This document shows, one piece after another, positions 11,040 through 20,142 of a DNA stretch of 64,000 nucleotides. The notes under the pieces were generated by a model, which was not told where the DNA came from, made no database searches, and was given only the letters and a program-made list of their open reading frames with translations. The DNA comes from Mycobacteriales bacterium (lineage in GTDB: Bacteria > Actinomycetota > Actinomycetes > Mycobacteriales > SCTD01). The DNA lies in assembly GCA_038235705.1 (NCBI GenBank), contig JBBSTR010000005.1, positions 5,294-69,293 on the forward strand, written 5' to 3'. Positions within the stretch are counted from its first letter, which is position 1. Each line of letters opens with the position of its first letter. The position numbers and the translations under genes were made by a program.

Positions 11040-11843
11040 TCAGCGGACGGTCAGGGTCTGCGGTCCGTCGTCGGTGACGGCGACGGTGTGCTCGACATGG
11101 GCGGCGCGACGCTTGTCGGTGGTCACGATGGTCCACCCGTCCTTCGTGGTGCGCCATCCGCTGCCGCCCGAGAGGAGCATCGGCTCGATCGCGATCGTGT
11201 TTCCTGCCTGCAGAACGATCTTCTCGGCTCCGGCCTGAGGCTCGTTGGGGACGAACGGCCACTCGTGCATGGCCCTGCCGATGCCGTGACCCCCGTGGTC
11301 GGGAAGGTGGGCGTAGCCGTGATAGCGGGCGACCGCGTCGACGGCGACCGCGATGTCGGCCAGCGTGGCCCCCGGGACGGCTGCGGCGACCCCCGCGGCG
11401 AGCGCCTCCTCGGTGGCGGCGACCAGGCGACGGTCCCCGTCGCGGGCGGCTCCCGCAGGGCCGATCGGGATCGTGACGGCGGCGTCGCCGTTCCAGCCGT
11501 CGACGATCGCACCGCAGTCCACGCTCAGCAGGTCCCCGTCCTTCAGACGGCGCCCGGTCGGACGACCGTGCACGACGGCCTCGTTGGGCGACAGGCACAG
11601 CACGCCGTTGAACGGGGTCGGTGCCCAGCTCGGGGCGTAGCCGAGGAACGACGGCAGCGCACCGGCCTCGTGGATCGCCGTCTTGGCGAGGTCGTCGAGG
11701 TCGCGGAGGCGCACCCCGGGCTGGGCTGCCTGGGAGACCGCGGCCAGGGTCGTCGCGACCACCCGGCCCGCCTCCCGCATCGCGTCCAGCTCGGCGGCCG
11801 TGCGGACGGGGAGCCGCTTCGTGGCCGACCTGGTGGCGAACAT
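11040..11843 (-). CDS. map: Type I methionine aminopeptidase
   Basis: CLSPNEAVVHG, SVDCG, GDAA, GHGIG..MHE, AIEPM, AHVEHT; start placed at ATG 11843. Confidence 0.95.
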   Translation of the reverse strand: MFATRSATKRLPVRTAAELDAMREAGRVVATTLAAVSQAAQPGVRLRDLDDLAKTAIHEAGALPSFLGYAPSWAPTPFNGVLCLSPNEAVVHGRPTGRRLKDGDLLSVDCGAIVDGWNGDAAVTIPIGPAGAARDGDRRLVAATEEALAAGVAAAVPGATLADIAVAVDAVARYHGYAHLPDHGGHGIGRAMHEWPFVPNEPQAGAEKIVLQAGNTIAIEPMLLSGGSGWRTTKDGWTIVTTDKRRAAHVEHTVAVTDDGPQTLTVR

Positions 11844-11898
11844 GAGGCTGACAGTACAACTATCCCGGCATAGGTATCCCGCGCGGTACGGTCCTGAC

Positions 11899-12174
11899 GT
11901 GGTCCGCATCCCGCTGAGCTCCTACGAGAAGGATCGCGGCATCGCGCTCGGCGCCCTGCTCCGCGACGCCCGTGGCAACCGGAGCGTCCGGGAGATCGCC
12001 ACCGGTGCCGGCCTGGCGGAGGAGACGCTGCGGAAGATCGAGCGAGGGGCCGTGCCCACCCCGAGCCTGTTCACGATCGCCGCCCTCACCGGCGTGCTGG
12101 GGCTCGAGCTCGGCCACCTTGTGCGCGACACCCACGAACGCGTCGTCCCTGCTCTGCACCACAGCGGGACGTGA
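11899..12174 (+). CDS. XRE-family HTH transcriptional regulator, divergent from map
   Basis: MVRIPLS...RG..LG.LLR.AR...ETLRKIERG..PTPS; TACGGT -10 6 nt upstream; near-palindrome TATCCCGGCATA at 11861-11872. Confidence 0.85.
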   Translation: MVRIPLSSYEKDRGIALGALLRDARGNRSVREIATGAGLAEETLRKIERGAVPTPSLFTIAALTGVLGLELGHLVRDTHERVVPALHHSGT

Positions 12175-12920
12175 CCCGCCCCCGCCTCGTGCACCTCGCC
12201 GTGCTGGTCGCGGTCGTGCTGGTGGCGGCTGCCTGCGGCCGGTCGACCCTCACGACCGCGGACCCGTCGCCGCTGGGGCAGCGAGCGGCGCCCTCATCAC
12301 CGGCGGCGAGCTCCGTCACGCCGACCCCCGTCGGACGCAGCCCCGTCGCGACCCCGGTGGGGTCCACCCCGTCACCCGTCCCGACCGTCCCGCCGGTGAG
12401 TGCCGGCCGCTCGGAGCAGGGACGGTTCACGGCCCAGCTTCCCGGCGCACTGGTCGGCTACCAGTACGTCAACCGCACCCGCAACGACTGCGCCCAGGCG
12501 GCTGTCGCCACAGCGCGGACGATGGTCGGCGACTGGGTCGCGCCGCCGGGTGGTCCGGACCGGCAGGCTCAGCTGCAGGCCGAAGCCCCGCCGGACGTCG
12601 CCGGCGGTGTCTGGGGCTCGAGCCCGAGGCTCGTCCAGCAGATGCTGGGTTCCACCCGTACGGTGGCCGGGTTCGAGGGCCTTCGCGCGGCTCTGAGCAA
12701 AGGTCTGCCGGTCGTCGTGCTGCTGGACCTGGGCCCGCTGGGACGGGGGAGCGGGGCGCACTGGACCGTCGTCACGGGACTGTCGGCCGAGTCCGTGCAG
12801 GTGACCAACCTCGGCGGCGGCCTCGTCGAACGGGCAGCGTTCGCAAGAGCCTGGCGCGGGCTCGTCCCGAGCGTCGCCGGGATGGCGTCGAGAGGACTGC
12901 TGACCGCCGCCAGGGGATGA
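12171..12920 (+). CDS. Putative lipoprotein with C39-like (papain-fold) cysteine peptidase domain
   Basis: Signal peptide with lipobox-like VAAAC, Pro/Ser/Thr linker, Q...C(AQAA), GLPVVVLL, HWTVVTG, VQVTN. Confidence 0.65.
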   Translation: MTRPRLVHLAVLVAVVLVAAACGRSTLTTADPSPLGQRAAPSSPAASSVTPTPVGRSPVATPVGSTPSPVPTVPPVSAGRSEQGRFTAQLPGALVGYQYVNRTRNDCAQAAVATARTMVGDWVAPPGGPDRQAQLQAEAPPDVAGGVWGSSPRLVQQMLGSTRTVAGFEGLRAALSKGLPVVVLLDLGPLGRGSGAHWTVVTGLSAESVQVTNLGGGLVERAAFARAWRGLVPSVAGMASRGLLTAARG

Positions 12921-12961
12921 CCATGAGGCCTTGTTCACCGGGACCTGACACAGTGCACGCC

Positions 12962-13717
12962 ATGCGTGTCGTGGCGGTCTACAACATCAAGGGCGGGGTC
13001 GGCAAGACCAGCGCTGCGGTCAACCTGGCGGCCCTGTCGGCCGGGCTCGGACGGCGTACGGCGCTGTGGGACCTCGACCCGCAGGGCGCTGCGACGTTCC
13101 TGCTGCGCGGCAAGCCGAAGGTCAAGGGCGGGACAGCCGCACTGCTGTCGGGCAAGCGGGAGCTGGACGACGTCGTACGCCAGACCGACGTCCCGGGTCT
13201 GGACCTCATCCCGGCCGACTTCACCTACCGCGACCTTGACATCGGCATGGCGGACGCGAAGAAGCCGACCCGTCAGCTGGCGCGGCTCATCAAGCCGCTG
13301 CGGGACGCGTACGACCTCTTGCTGCTCGACTGCCCGCCCAGCATCTCGCTGCTCAGCGAGAACGTGTTCGAGGCCGCCGAGCTGCTGCTGGTCCCGATGA
13401 TCCCGACGACGCTGAGCCAGCGCACCCTGGACCAGCTGACCGCGTTCCTGGAGCAGACCGACGGACGAGTGCCGACGGTGCGGGCGTTCTTCTCGATGGT
13501 CGACGGGCGCAAGGGCCTGCACGCCGAGGTGATGACGGCGATGCGCGCTTCCGACGACCGCATCCTGCCCACGGTCATCCCGTCGACGAGCAGCGTCGAG
13601 CGCATGGGGCTGGGGCAGCTGCCCGTCGTGCTGTCCGAGCCTCGCGGCCGTGGGGCGGTGGCGTTCCGCGCCCTGTGGGGTGACGTGCAGACCGAGCTGG
13701 GACAGCTGTCCGCCTAG
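12962..13717 (+). CDS. ParA family ATPase (orphan)
   Basis: NIKGGVGKTS, DLDPQG, LLDCPP. Confidence 0.92.
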   Translation: MRVVAVYNIKGGVGKTSAAVNLAALSAGLGRRTALWDLDPQGAATFLLRGKPKVKGGTAALLSGKRELDDVVRQTDVPGLDLIPADFTYRDLDIGMADAKKPTRQLARLIKPLRDAYDLLLLDCPPSISLLSENVFEAAELLLVPMIPTTLSQRTLDQLTAFLEQTDGRVPTVRAFFSMVDGRKGLHAEVMTAMRASDDRILPTVIPSTSSVERMGLGQLPVVLSEPRGRGAVAFRALWGDVQTELGQLSA

Positions 13718-14365
13718 TCAGTGCTGGACGAGATCCTGGTGCGGGCCGACGTGCTGGCCGAGCCAGGTGTTGAGCGGGCCGAGCGCGCGCCAGGCGCTCC
13801 GCACCCGGTCCAGGACCTCGTCACCGTGCAGCCAGTCGCCCGGCTCGTGCCGGACCGATGCGGTGAGGGACTTGAGGGTGAGCAGGTCGGCGCGAGCGTG
13901 ATCGCCGCCGAACTCCTTGGGCACTCGCTTGAGCCGCTCGCCGCCGGGCTCCAGACCGTCCTTCACGAGCTTGCTGAGGATCTTCGCGAGGCCTGTGCCT
14001 GACCGATCCTCGGCGATCGCCGCCCGGAGCCGTCGTGCCTGGTCGGTCGCCAGCTGCCACGCGCCCCCGGCGAGGAACAGACCGTCGGCAGACAGCTGCA
14101 CGTACAGGGCGCCGCTGTCCCGGTCCTCGACCGCCGCAGCGGCCGCGGTCTTGTAGGGGGTCTTGTCCTTGCTGAACCGCACGTCTCGGTAGGGCCGGAA
14201 GAACTTGGCCGCCCCGAACTCCGGCTCGAGGGCTGCGAGCAGCGCCTGCATCGGCGTCTTGACGCACTCCTCGTACGCAGGGCGATGGTCGTTCCAGTAG
14301 GTCTTGCTGTTGTCGGCCTCCAGGCCCTCGTAGAAGATCAGCGCCTGCTCGGGAAAGCCGATCAT
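13718..14365 (-). CDS. DUF2461 family protein
   Basis: FYEGLEADNSK.YW, FRPYRDVRFSKDKTPYKT. Confidence 0.9.
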   Translation of the reverse strand: MIGFPEQALIFYEGLEADNSKTYWNDHRPAYEECVKTPMQALLAALEPEFGAAKFFRPYRDVRFSKDKTPYKTAAAAAVEDRDSGALYVQLSADGLFLAGGAWQLATDQARRLRAAIAEDRSGTGLAKILSKLVKDGLEPGGERLKRVPKEFGGDHARADLLTLKSLTASVRHEPGDWLHGDEVLDRVRSAWRALGPLNTWLGQHVGPHQDLVQH

Positions 14366-14880
14366 GCGTCCTCGCTCACGTCGGTGTGCCACCGGACCTG
14401 GCGCTGCAGACGCGGCCCGACGTCGAGGATCCTGGCCCGCCCGTCAGGTGCCCAGCCGGCCTCCTTCAGGAAGCCGGTCAGCGCCGGCTCGTCCTCCCAC
14501 GTCCAGAGCACGGCTGAGGTCTCACCGTCGCCGCGCCAGTGCTCGACGGCGGCGGCGAGCAGCCGGGAGCCGTGCCCGCGTCGGCCCCAGCGGGGCTCGA
14601 CGAGCAGCGCGGACACCTCGAGGCCGGCGTCCTCGTCCAGCGACGGCGCGGAGGCGAGAAAGCCGACCAGCTCGGCCCGCTCCATCGCCACCAGCACCCG
14701 GGTCCGGGGCGCACGGCTCTCGATCGCGTTCAGCCAGACCGCGGCCAGCTGCACCTCGGGCGTGTCGAGCGTCTCGGGCGGCAGCAGACCCTCGTACGCC
14801 TGACGCCAGGTCGCGAGCTGGACCCGCGCGATGCGTTCGGCGTCCTCGGGGCGGGCGGGTCGCACGCTGACGTCTGCCAT
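14362..14880 (-). CDS. GNAT family N-acetyltransferase
   Basis: VRPARPEDA, VEPRWGRRGHGSRLL acetyl-CoA binding motif. Confidence 0.88.
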   Translation of the reverse strand: MADVSVRPARPEDAERIARVQLATWRQAYEGLLPPETLDTPEVQLAAVWLNAIESRAPRTRVLVAMERAELVGFLASAPSLDEDAGLEVSALLVEPRWGRRGHGSRLLAAAVEHWRGDGETSAVLWTWEDEPALTGFLKEAGWAPDGRARILDVGPRLQRQVRWHTDVSEDA

Positions 14881-14932
14881 GCCCAGAGCCTTGCACCTGC
14901 TTGACGACCGGCGCCACGGGAACGACCTGGCC

Positions 14933-16306
14933 ATGCCTATCGCCACGACCGACCCCCGGACCGGCAAGGTCGTCAAGACCTTCGACGCGCTCACTGCCGA
15001 TCAGCTGGAGGACCGCCTGGCGCGGGCCGCCGCCGCCGCCAGGACCTACCGCCTCACCTCCTACGAGGAACGCGCTGGCTGGTTGCGCGCCGCGGCTGAC
15101 GTGCTCGACGCGCGCGCCGACGAGGTCGCGGGGCTGATGACCCTGGAGATGGGCAAGACCAAGAAGTCCGCAGCCGCCGAGATCGGCAAGTGCGCGACGG
15201 CCTGCCGGTTCTACGCCGAGCACGGGGAGCAGCTCCTGGCCGACGAGCCGGTCGAAGGGTCGAAGGTCAAGGCGTCGAAGGCGTACGGGGCCTACCAGCC
15301 GCTCGGCGTCGTCCTCGCGGTGATGCCGTGGAACTTCCCGCTGTGGCAGGCCATGCGGTTCGCCGCACCGGCACTGATGGCCGGCAACGTGGGTCTGCTC
15401 AAGCATGCGTCGAACGTGCCGCAGACCGCGTTGTTCATGCAGCAGCTGTTCGAGCAGGCCGGCTTCCCGGCGGACGTGTTCCAGACCCTGCTGATCGGCA
15501 GCGACCTGGTCGAGCAGGTGGTCCGTGACGAACGGGTCGCCGCGGCCACCCTGACCGGGAGCGAGGCTGCCGGCGTGGCCGTCGCCACCGCGGCCGGCAA
15601 CGTGCTCAAGAAGGTCGTGCTCGAGCTGGGAGGCAGTGACCCGTTCCTGGTGCTGCCGTCCGCCGACCTGGCCAAGGCGGCCGAGGTGGCGACGACGAGC
15701 CGCAACCAGAACAACGGCCAGAGCTGCATCGCGGCGAAGCGCTTCATCGTCCATGCCGACGTCGCCGAGGAGTTCACGCAGCTCTTCGCCCAGAGCATCG
15801 GCGCCCTGGTCGTGGGTGACCCGATGGAGGACGGCACCGATGTCGGACCCTTGGCGACCGAGCAGGGCCGCGACGACACGGCCGCCTTCGTCAAGGACGC
15901 GGTCGACAAGGGCGCGACCGTCCTGGTCGGCGGCACGGCGCCCGACCGAGCGGGCTGGTGGTACCCGCCGACCCTGCTGACCGACCTCACGCCGGAGATG
16001 GACTGCTACGCCGAAGAGGTCTTCGGACCGGTCGCGCTGCTGTTCGTCGTGCAGGACCTGGACGAGGCGGTGGAGCTGGCGAACGCCACCCGGTTCGGGC
16101 TGGGCTCGAACGTGTGGACCATCGACCCGGCCGAGCAGGAGCGGTGCATCCGCGACCTGCAGGCCGGCGCGGTGTTCGTCAACGGAATGACGGCGAGCTT
16201 CCCGGACCTGCCGTTCGGTGGGGTCAAGGCCTCCGGCCACGGGCGTGAGCTGGCCGCTGAGGGCATCCGAGAGTTCTGCAACCTCAAGACCGTGTGGGTC
16301 GGCTGA
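14933..16306 (+). CDS. NAD(P)-dependent succinate-semialdehyde dehydrogenase (GabD1-like ALDH)
   Basis: MPWNFPLWQ, LKHAS, LTGS, LELGGSDP, NNGQSCIAAKR, EEVFGP, PFGGVKASG. Confidence 0.9.
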   Translation: MPIATTDPRTGKVVKTFDALTADQLEDRLARAAAAARTYRLTSYEERAGWLRAAADVLDARADEVAGLMTLEMGKTKKSAAAEIGKCATACRFYAEHGEQLLADEPVEGSKVKASKAYGAYQPLGVVLAVMPWNFPLWQAMRFAAPALMAGNVGLLKHASNVPQTALFMQQLFEQAGFPADVFQTLLIGSDLVEQVVRDERVAAATLTGSEAAGVAVATAAGNVLKKVVLELGGSDPFLVLPSADLAKAAEVATTSRNQNNGQSCIAAKRFIVHADVAEEFTQLFAQSIGALVVGDPMEDGTDVGPLATEQGRDDTAAFVKDAVDKGATVLVGGTAPDRAGWWYPPTLLTDLTPEMDCYAEEVFGPVALLFVVQDLDEAVELANATRFGLGSNVWTIDPAEQERCIRDLQAGAVFVNGMTASFPDLPFGGVKASGHGRELAAEGIREFCNLKTVWVG

Positions 16307-16308
16307 GC

Positions 16309-16938
16309 TTGCCGATCACGGAGATCGACCCGGCCGACGACGCGACCGTCCGGGCGTACGAGCTGGGCGCACAGGCCTACCTCGACGACGCGGCCTCTCG
16401 GGCGCCCCACCCGACGCACGTCGCGTTCCGTCAGGCCGCCCTGGACCGGCTCAGCCCGGGCGCGCGGCTGCTCGAGCTGGGCACCGGTCCGGGCCGTGAC
16501 GCGCAGTACTTCGAGGACCACGGTCTTTCCGTACGACGGACCGACGCCACCCGCGCCTTCGTCGAACGACTGCGCCGGGCCGGGCACGCCGCTGACCTGC
16601 TCGACGTCACGAGCGACGACCTCGGCGGTCCGTACGAGGGGATCTACGCCAACGCCGTCCTTCTCCATCTCACGTCCGAGCAGCTCGCGGCGCTGCTCGT
16701 CCGGGCGCGCTCGGCGGTCGTTCCGGGCGGGCTGCTCGCCTTCACGGTCAAAGAAGGTGACGGGGAGCAGTGGTCCACCGCCAAGCTGGGCCACCCCAGG
16801 TTCTTCCGCTACTGGCGCGCCGAGCCGCTCACCGACCTGGTGACGCAGACCGGGTGGGACGTCGACGAGCTGCGCCAGGTCACCGGCAACGCGGAGACCT
16901 GGCTCCAGCTGCTGTGCAGACCGGCGACCTCACCCTGA
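16309..16938 (+). CDS. Class I SAM-dependent methyltransferase
   Basis: LLELGTGPGRD, YANAVLLH, PGGLLAFTVKEG. Confidence 0.88.
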   Translation: MPITEIDPADDATVRAYELGAQAYLDDAASRAPHPTHVAFRQAALDRLSPGARLLELGTGPGRDAQYFEDHGLSVRRTDATRAFVERLRRAGHAADLLDVTSDDLGGPYEGIYANAVLLHLTSEQLAALLVRARSAVVPGGLLAFTVKEGDGEQWSTAKLGHPRFFRYWRAEPLTDLVTQTGWDVDELRQVTGNAETWLQLLCRPATSP

Positions 16939-17030
16939 GCCCGGTGCCGGTCGTCGGCAGGCCCTCACACGACCATCACGTCGCCTTGCCCGGAGCGTAA
17001 ACCGCTTGCCCCGAACGGTAGGAACGGGGG

Positions 17031-18026
17031 ATGAGGGTGCGCACCGTCGATCCGGCGGACGAGAAGGACTTCGCGGCGTGGTTCGCCGTGGTCGAGGCGT
17101 CGCTGGAGGAGGCCCGGCCGGGTGACCAGCACTGGCGTCCGTTGGAATTACGCGCGCACGCGCTTTCTCTCACGGCCCGCACGGGGTCGGGATTCGGAGC
17201 CCTGTTCGGGGCGGAGGTCGCGGGACGGCTCGTCGGTGCGCTCCGCGTCGAGGCGTGGGACCGCGACAACACCCACCTCGTCGACGTCCTGGTCGAGGTC
17301 CACCCGTCCGCGAGACGGCAGGGGGTCGGGACGGCGCTGCTGGAGCACGCCCGCAGCTGGGGTCGGGAGCACAGCCGCACGTTGCTCAACCTCGAGACCG
17401 ACGACGTGCCCGACGCACCCGGTCGCCCGTTCCTGACGGCAGCCGGTGGGACCTGCGGCATCACCGAGAGCCGTCGTGACCTCCTGCTGCCGCCGGACCC
17501 GGCGACGCTGGAGCGGCTCGAGCGGGAGTGCATCCCGTACGCCGAGGGTTACGCCCTGCGCCTCTGGCGCGACCGGGTCCCCGACGACCTTCTGGACAGC
17601 CGCGCGTTCCTGCAGCAGCGGATGTCGACCGACGCGCCGAGCGGTGACATGCCGTGGGAGGAGGAGGACTGGGACGGTGCACGGATCCGCGAGGAGGAGG
17701 AGCAGCTGCGCGCGATGAACCGGAGCCTGTTCGGGGCCGGCTTCGTCAAGGGCGGCGCGCTGGTGGCCTACACCGATCTCGCGGTCCCACGCGACGACCC
17801 GCGCCGGGTCTACCAGTGGGGGACGCTCGTGCTGCGTGAGCACCGCGGGCACCGGCTGGGGGTGCTGGTCAAGCTGGCGACGCTGCGGGCAGTTGTCCAC
17901 GCGTTCCCGGAGGCTCAGCTGATCTCCACCTGGAACAAGGAGGACAACGCCTGGATGGTCCGCACCAACGAGGCGCTGGGCTTCCGTCGCAACGGGTCGC
18001 TCAGCTCGTGGACCGTGCCGGTCTAG
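17031..18026 (+). CDS. Tandem GNAT family acetyltransferase
   Basis: Two motifs, VHPSARRQGVG and VLREHRGHRLG; TWN..N..M...NEALGF. Confidence 0.88.
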   Translation: MRVRTVDPADEKDFAAWFAVVEASLEEARPGDQHWRPLELRAHALSLTARTGSGFGALFGAEVAGRLVGALRVEAWDRDNTHLVDVLVEVHPSARRQGVGTALLEHARSWGREHSRTLLNLETDDVPDAPGRPFLTAAGGTCGITESRRDLLLPPDPATLERLERECIPYAEGYALRLWRDRVPDDLLDSRAFLQQRMSTDAPSGDMPWEEEDWDGARIREEEEQLRAMNRSLFGAGFVKGGALVAYTDLAVPRDDPRRVYQWGTLVLREHRGHRLGVLVKLATLRAVVHAFPEAQLISTWNKEDNAWMVRTNEALGFRRNGSLSSWTVPV

Positions 18027-18036
18027 CGTCGCCAGG

Positions 18037-19242
18037 ATGTCAGCGCCGGAACGGCTCACCGTGGGGCAGGCCCGGCGGGTGGCGCTGGCCGCGCTGGGTT
18101 TTCTCGATCCTGCGCCTAAGGGTCCGGTCACCGCGCGGCACGTGGGCCGGGCGCTGGCGCGCACCCAGCTGTTGCAGATGGACTCGGTGAACATCTTCGA
18201 GCGGGCCCACCACCTGCCGCTGTACAGCCGGCTCGGCCCGTACGACACCGCTCTGCTGCACCGCCTCGCCTACCAGGACCGGCGGCTCTTCGAGTACTGG
18301 GGGCACGAGGCCTCGTTGCTCCCGGTCGCCCTGCAGCCGCTGCTCCGGTGGCGGATGGCGCGTGCCGAGGCGCTCGAGGAGGGCTGGGGCGGGGTGCTGC
18401 GGGTGATGCGTGACAAGCCCGAGGTCGTGGCGCGGGTGCTCGGCAGGCTCGAGGCGGAGGGGCCGTCGACGGCCGGCGAGCTGCGGGAGTCCGACGGGCC
18501 CGGCGGCGCCTGGTGGTCGCGCAGCGAGCAGAAGCTGGCCCTGGAATACCTGTTCTGGGCGGGTCGGGTGAGCACCACCACCCGGCGCGGGTTCGAGCGC
18601 GTCTACGACCTCACCGAGCGCGTCCTGCCTGCTGACGTGCTGGCCCTGCCGACGCCGTCCCGGCAGGACGCGCAGCGCGAGCTGGTGCTGCTCGCCGCGC
18701 GTGCCCTCGGGGTCGCGACCGAGCGGGACCTGCGCGACTACTTCCGGCTGCGAGTAGACGAGGCGGCGGTGGCTGTTCGTGACCTGGTCGAGAGCGGCGC
18801 CCTCGTGCGGGTCGGGGTGCCCGGCTGGCGACAGCCGACCTACCTCGACCCGGAGGCGCGCATCCCCCGCACGGTGCGCGCCGCGACGCTGGTGTCGCCC
18901 TTCGACCCGGTCGTCTGGGAACGCGCACGCACGGAGCGGTTGTTCGGCTTCGCCTACCGCATCGAGATCTATGTGCCGGCCGAGAAGCGGGTGCACGGCT
19001 ACTACGTGCTGCCGTTCCTGCTGGGGGAGCACCTCGTCGCGAGGGTCGACCTCAAGAGCGACCGCAAGGCGGGGGTGCTGCGCGTGCTGGGGGCCTGGGC
19101 GGAGCCCGGTCACGACGCGGCGGAGGTCGCACCCGCGCTCGCCCACGAGCTGCGCCGGGCCGCACGCTGGCAGGGGCTGGACGACGTGCGTGTCGAGCCG
19201 AACGGTGGGCTGGCCCCGGCGCTGACGGCGCTGAGGCCGTGA
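18037..19242 (+). CDS. YcaQ-like (HTH_42/AlkZ superfamily) crosslink-repair DNA glycosylase
   Basis: LQMDSV (QxD) motif, LFEYWGHEAS, SPFDPVVW, R.HGYYVLPFL. Confidence 0.88.
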   Translation: MSAPERLTVGQARRVALAALGFLDPAPKGPVTARHVGRALARTQLLQMDSVNIFERAHHLPLYSRLGPYDTALLHRLAYQDRRLFEYWGHEASLLPVALQPLLRWRMARAEALEEGWGGVLRVMRDKPEVVARVLGRLEAEGPSTAGELRESDGPGGAWWSRSEQKLALEYLFWAGRVSTTTRRGFERVYDLTERVLPADVLALPTPSRQDAQRELVLLAARALGVATERDLRDYFRLRVDEAAVAVRDLVESGALVRVGVPGWRQPTYLDPEARIPRTVRAATLVSPFDPVVWERARTERLFGFAYRIEIYVPAEKRVHGYYVLPFLLGEHLVARVDLKSDRKAGVLRVLGAWAEPGHDAAEVAPALAHELRRAARWQGLDDVRVEPNGGLAPALTALRP

Positions 19243-19299
19243 GCCCTGGTGCACCGGCCGAGTCGGCTGCCAGGAGAGCGCCGCCGGTAGGGTCTGCGC

Positions 19300-20052
19300 G
19301 TGTCTGTGATCTCCTCTCTCAGCGTCCAGGTCATCGGTTGGACCCACTTCGAGCCGCCGACGGACGTTCCGTGGGAGACCGACACCGACGGCGGGCAGGC
19401 GCTCGCCGAGTTCGCCGGGCGGGCCTGCTACCAGAGCTGGACCAAGCCCAACCCCCGGACAGCGACGAACGAGGGTTACCTGCGGCACATCCTGGAGGTC
19501 GGGCACCTGTCGGTGCTCGAGCACGGCAGCGTCACCTTCTATCTGACCGGGATCAGCCGCAGCCTCACGCACGAGCTGATCCGGCACCGGCACTTCTCCT
19601 ACAGCCAGCTGTCCCAGCGCTACGTGCCCGAGCGGGACGCGAGGATGGTCGAGCCCGAGGCGATCGCCGGGGACCCGGAGCTGCACGCGCTGTTCGTCGA
19701 GGCGACCGACGCTGCGCTCGCGTCCTACACCGCGCTCCTGGAGGGGCTGGAGAAGCGCTTCGCCGACGTCGAGAACGCGACCAGCCGGCGCAAGCAGGCA
19801 CGGCAGGCGGCTCGGGCGGTGCTGCCGAACGCCACCGAGACCCGCATCGTGGTGACCGGCAACTACCGCGCGATGCGGCACTTCGTGGCGATGCGGGCGA
19901 GCGAGCACGCCGACGTCGAGATCCGGGAGCTGGCCATCGCGATGCTGCGTGAGCTGCAGCGGGTCGCGCCGAACGCCTTCGCGGACTTCGCCATCAGCGC
20001 CCTGCCCGACGGGACAGAGGTGGCCAGCAGCCCGTTGGTCGGCGAGGGCTGA
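19300..20052 (+). CDS. thyX: FAD-dependent thymidylate synthase
   Basis: [18 protein letters not shown] ThyX motif; GHLSVLEH. Confidence 0.97.
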   Translation: MSVISSLSVQVIGWTHFEPPTDVPWETDTDGGQALAEFAGRACYQSWTKPNPRTATNEGYLRHILEVGHLSVLEHGSVTFYLTGISRSLTHELIRHRHFSYSQLSQRYVPERDARMVEPEAIAGDPELHALFVEATDAALASYTALLEGLEKRFADVENATSRRKQARQAARAVLPNATETRIVVTGNYRAMRHFVAMRASEHADVEIRELAIAMLRELQRVAPNAFADFAISALPDGTEVASSPLVGEG

Positions 20053-20142
20053 ACCATCGGCGCTCCCAGGTCTGAGCAGAGTCTTGCGCTCAGGGCCATC
20101 AGCCGGTTCGGCTCGGCGCTGTTCGACGCCGTCGGCGACGGC

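Noticed and set aside
11972-13717. 581-aa ParA with long N-terminal extension
   Set aside because: The extension overlaps the XRE and lipoprotein genes in other frames; ParA homology begins at ATG 12962.
12962-13717. Integrated plasmid or prophage marked by ParA
   Set aside because: No integrase, replication, ParB or phage genes, and no att-like repeats nearby.
20050-20110. Selenocysteine recoding of the thyX TGA
   Set aside because: ThyX is complete at this stop, the position is not a catalytic Cys site, and no convincing SECIS-like stem was seen.
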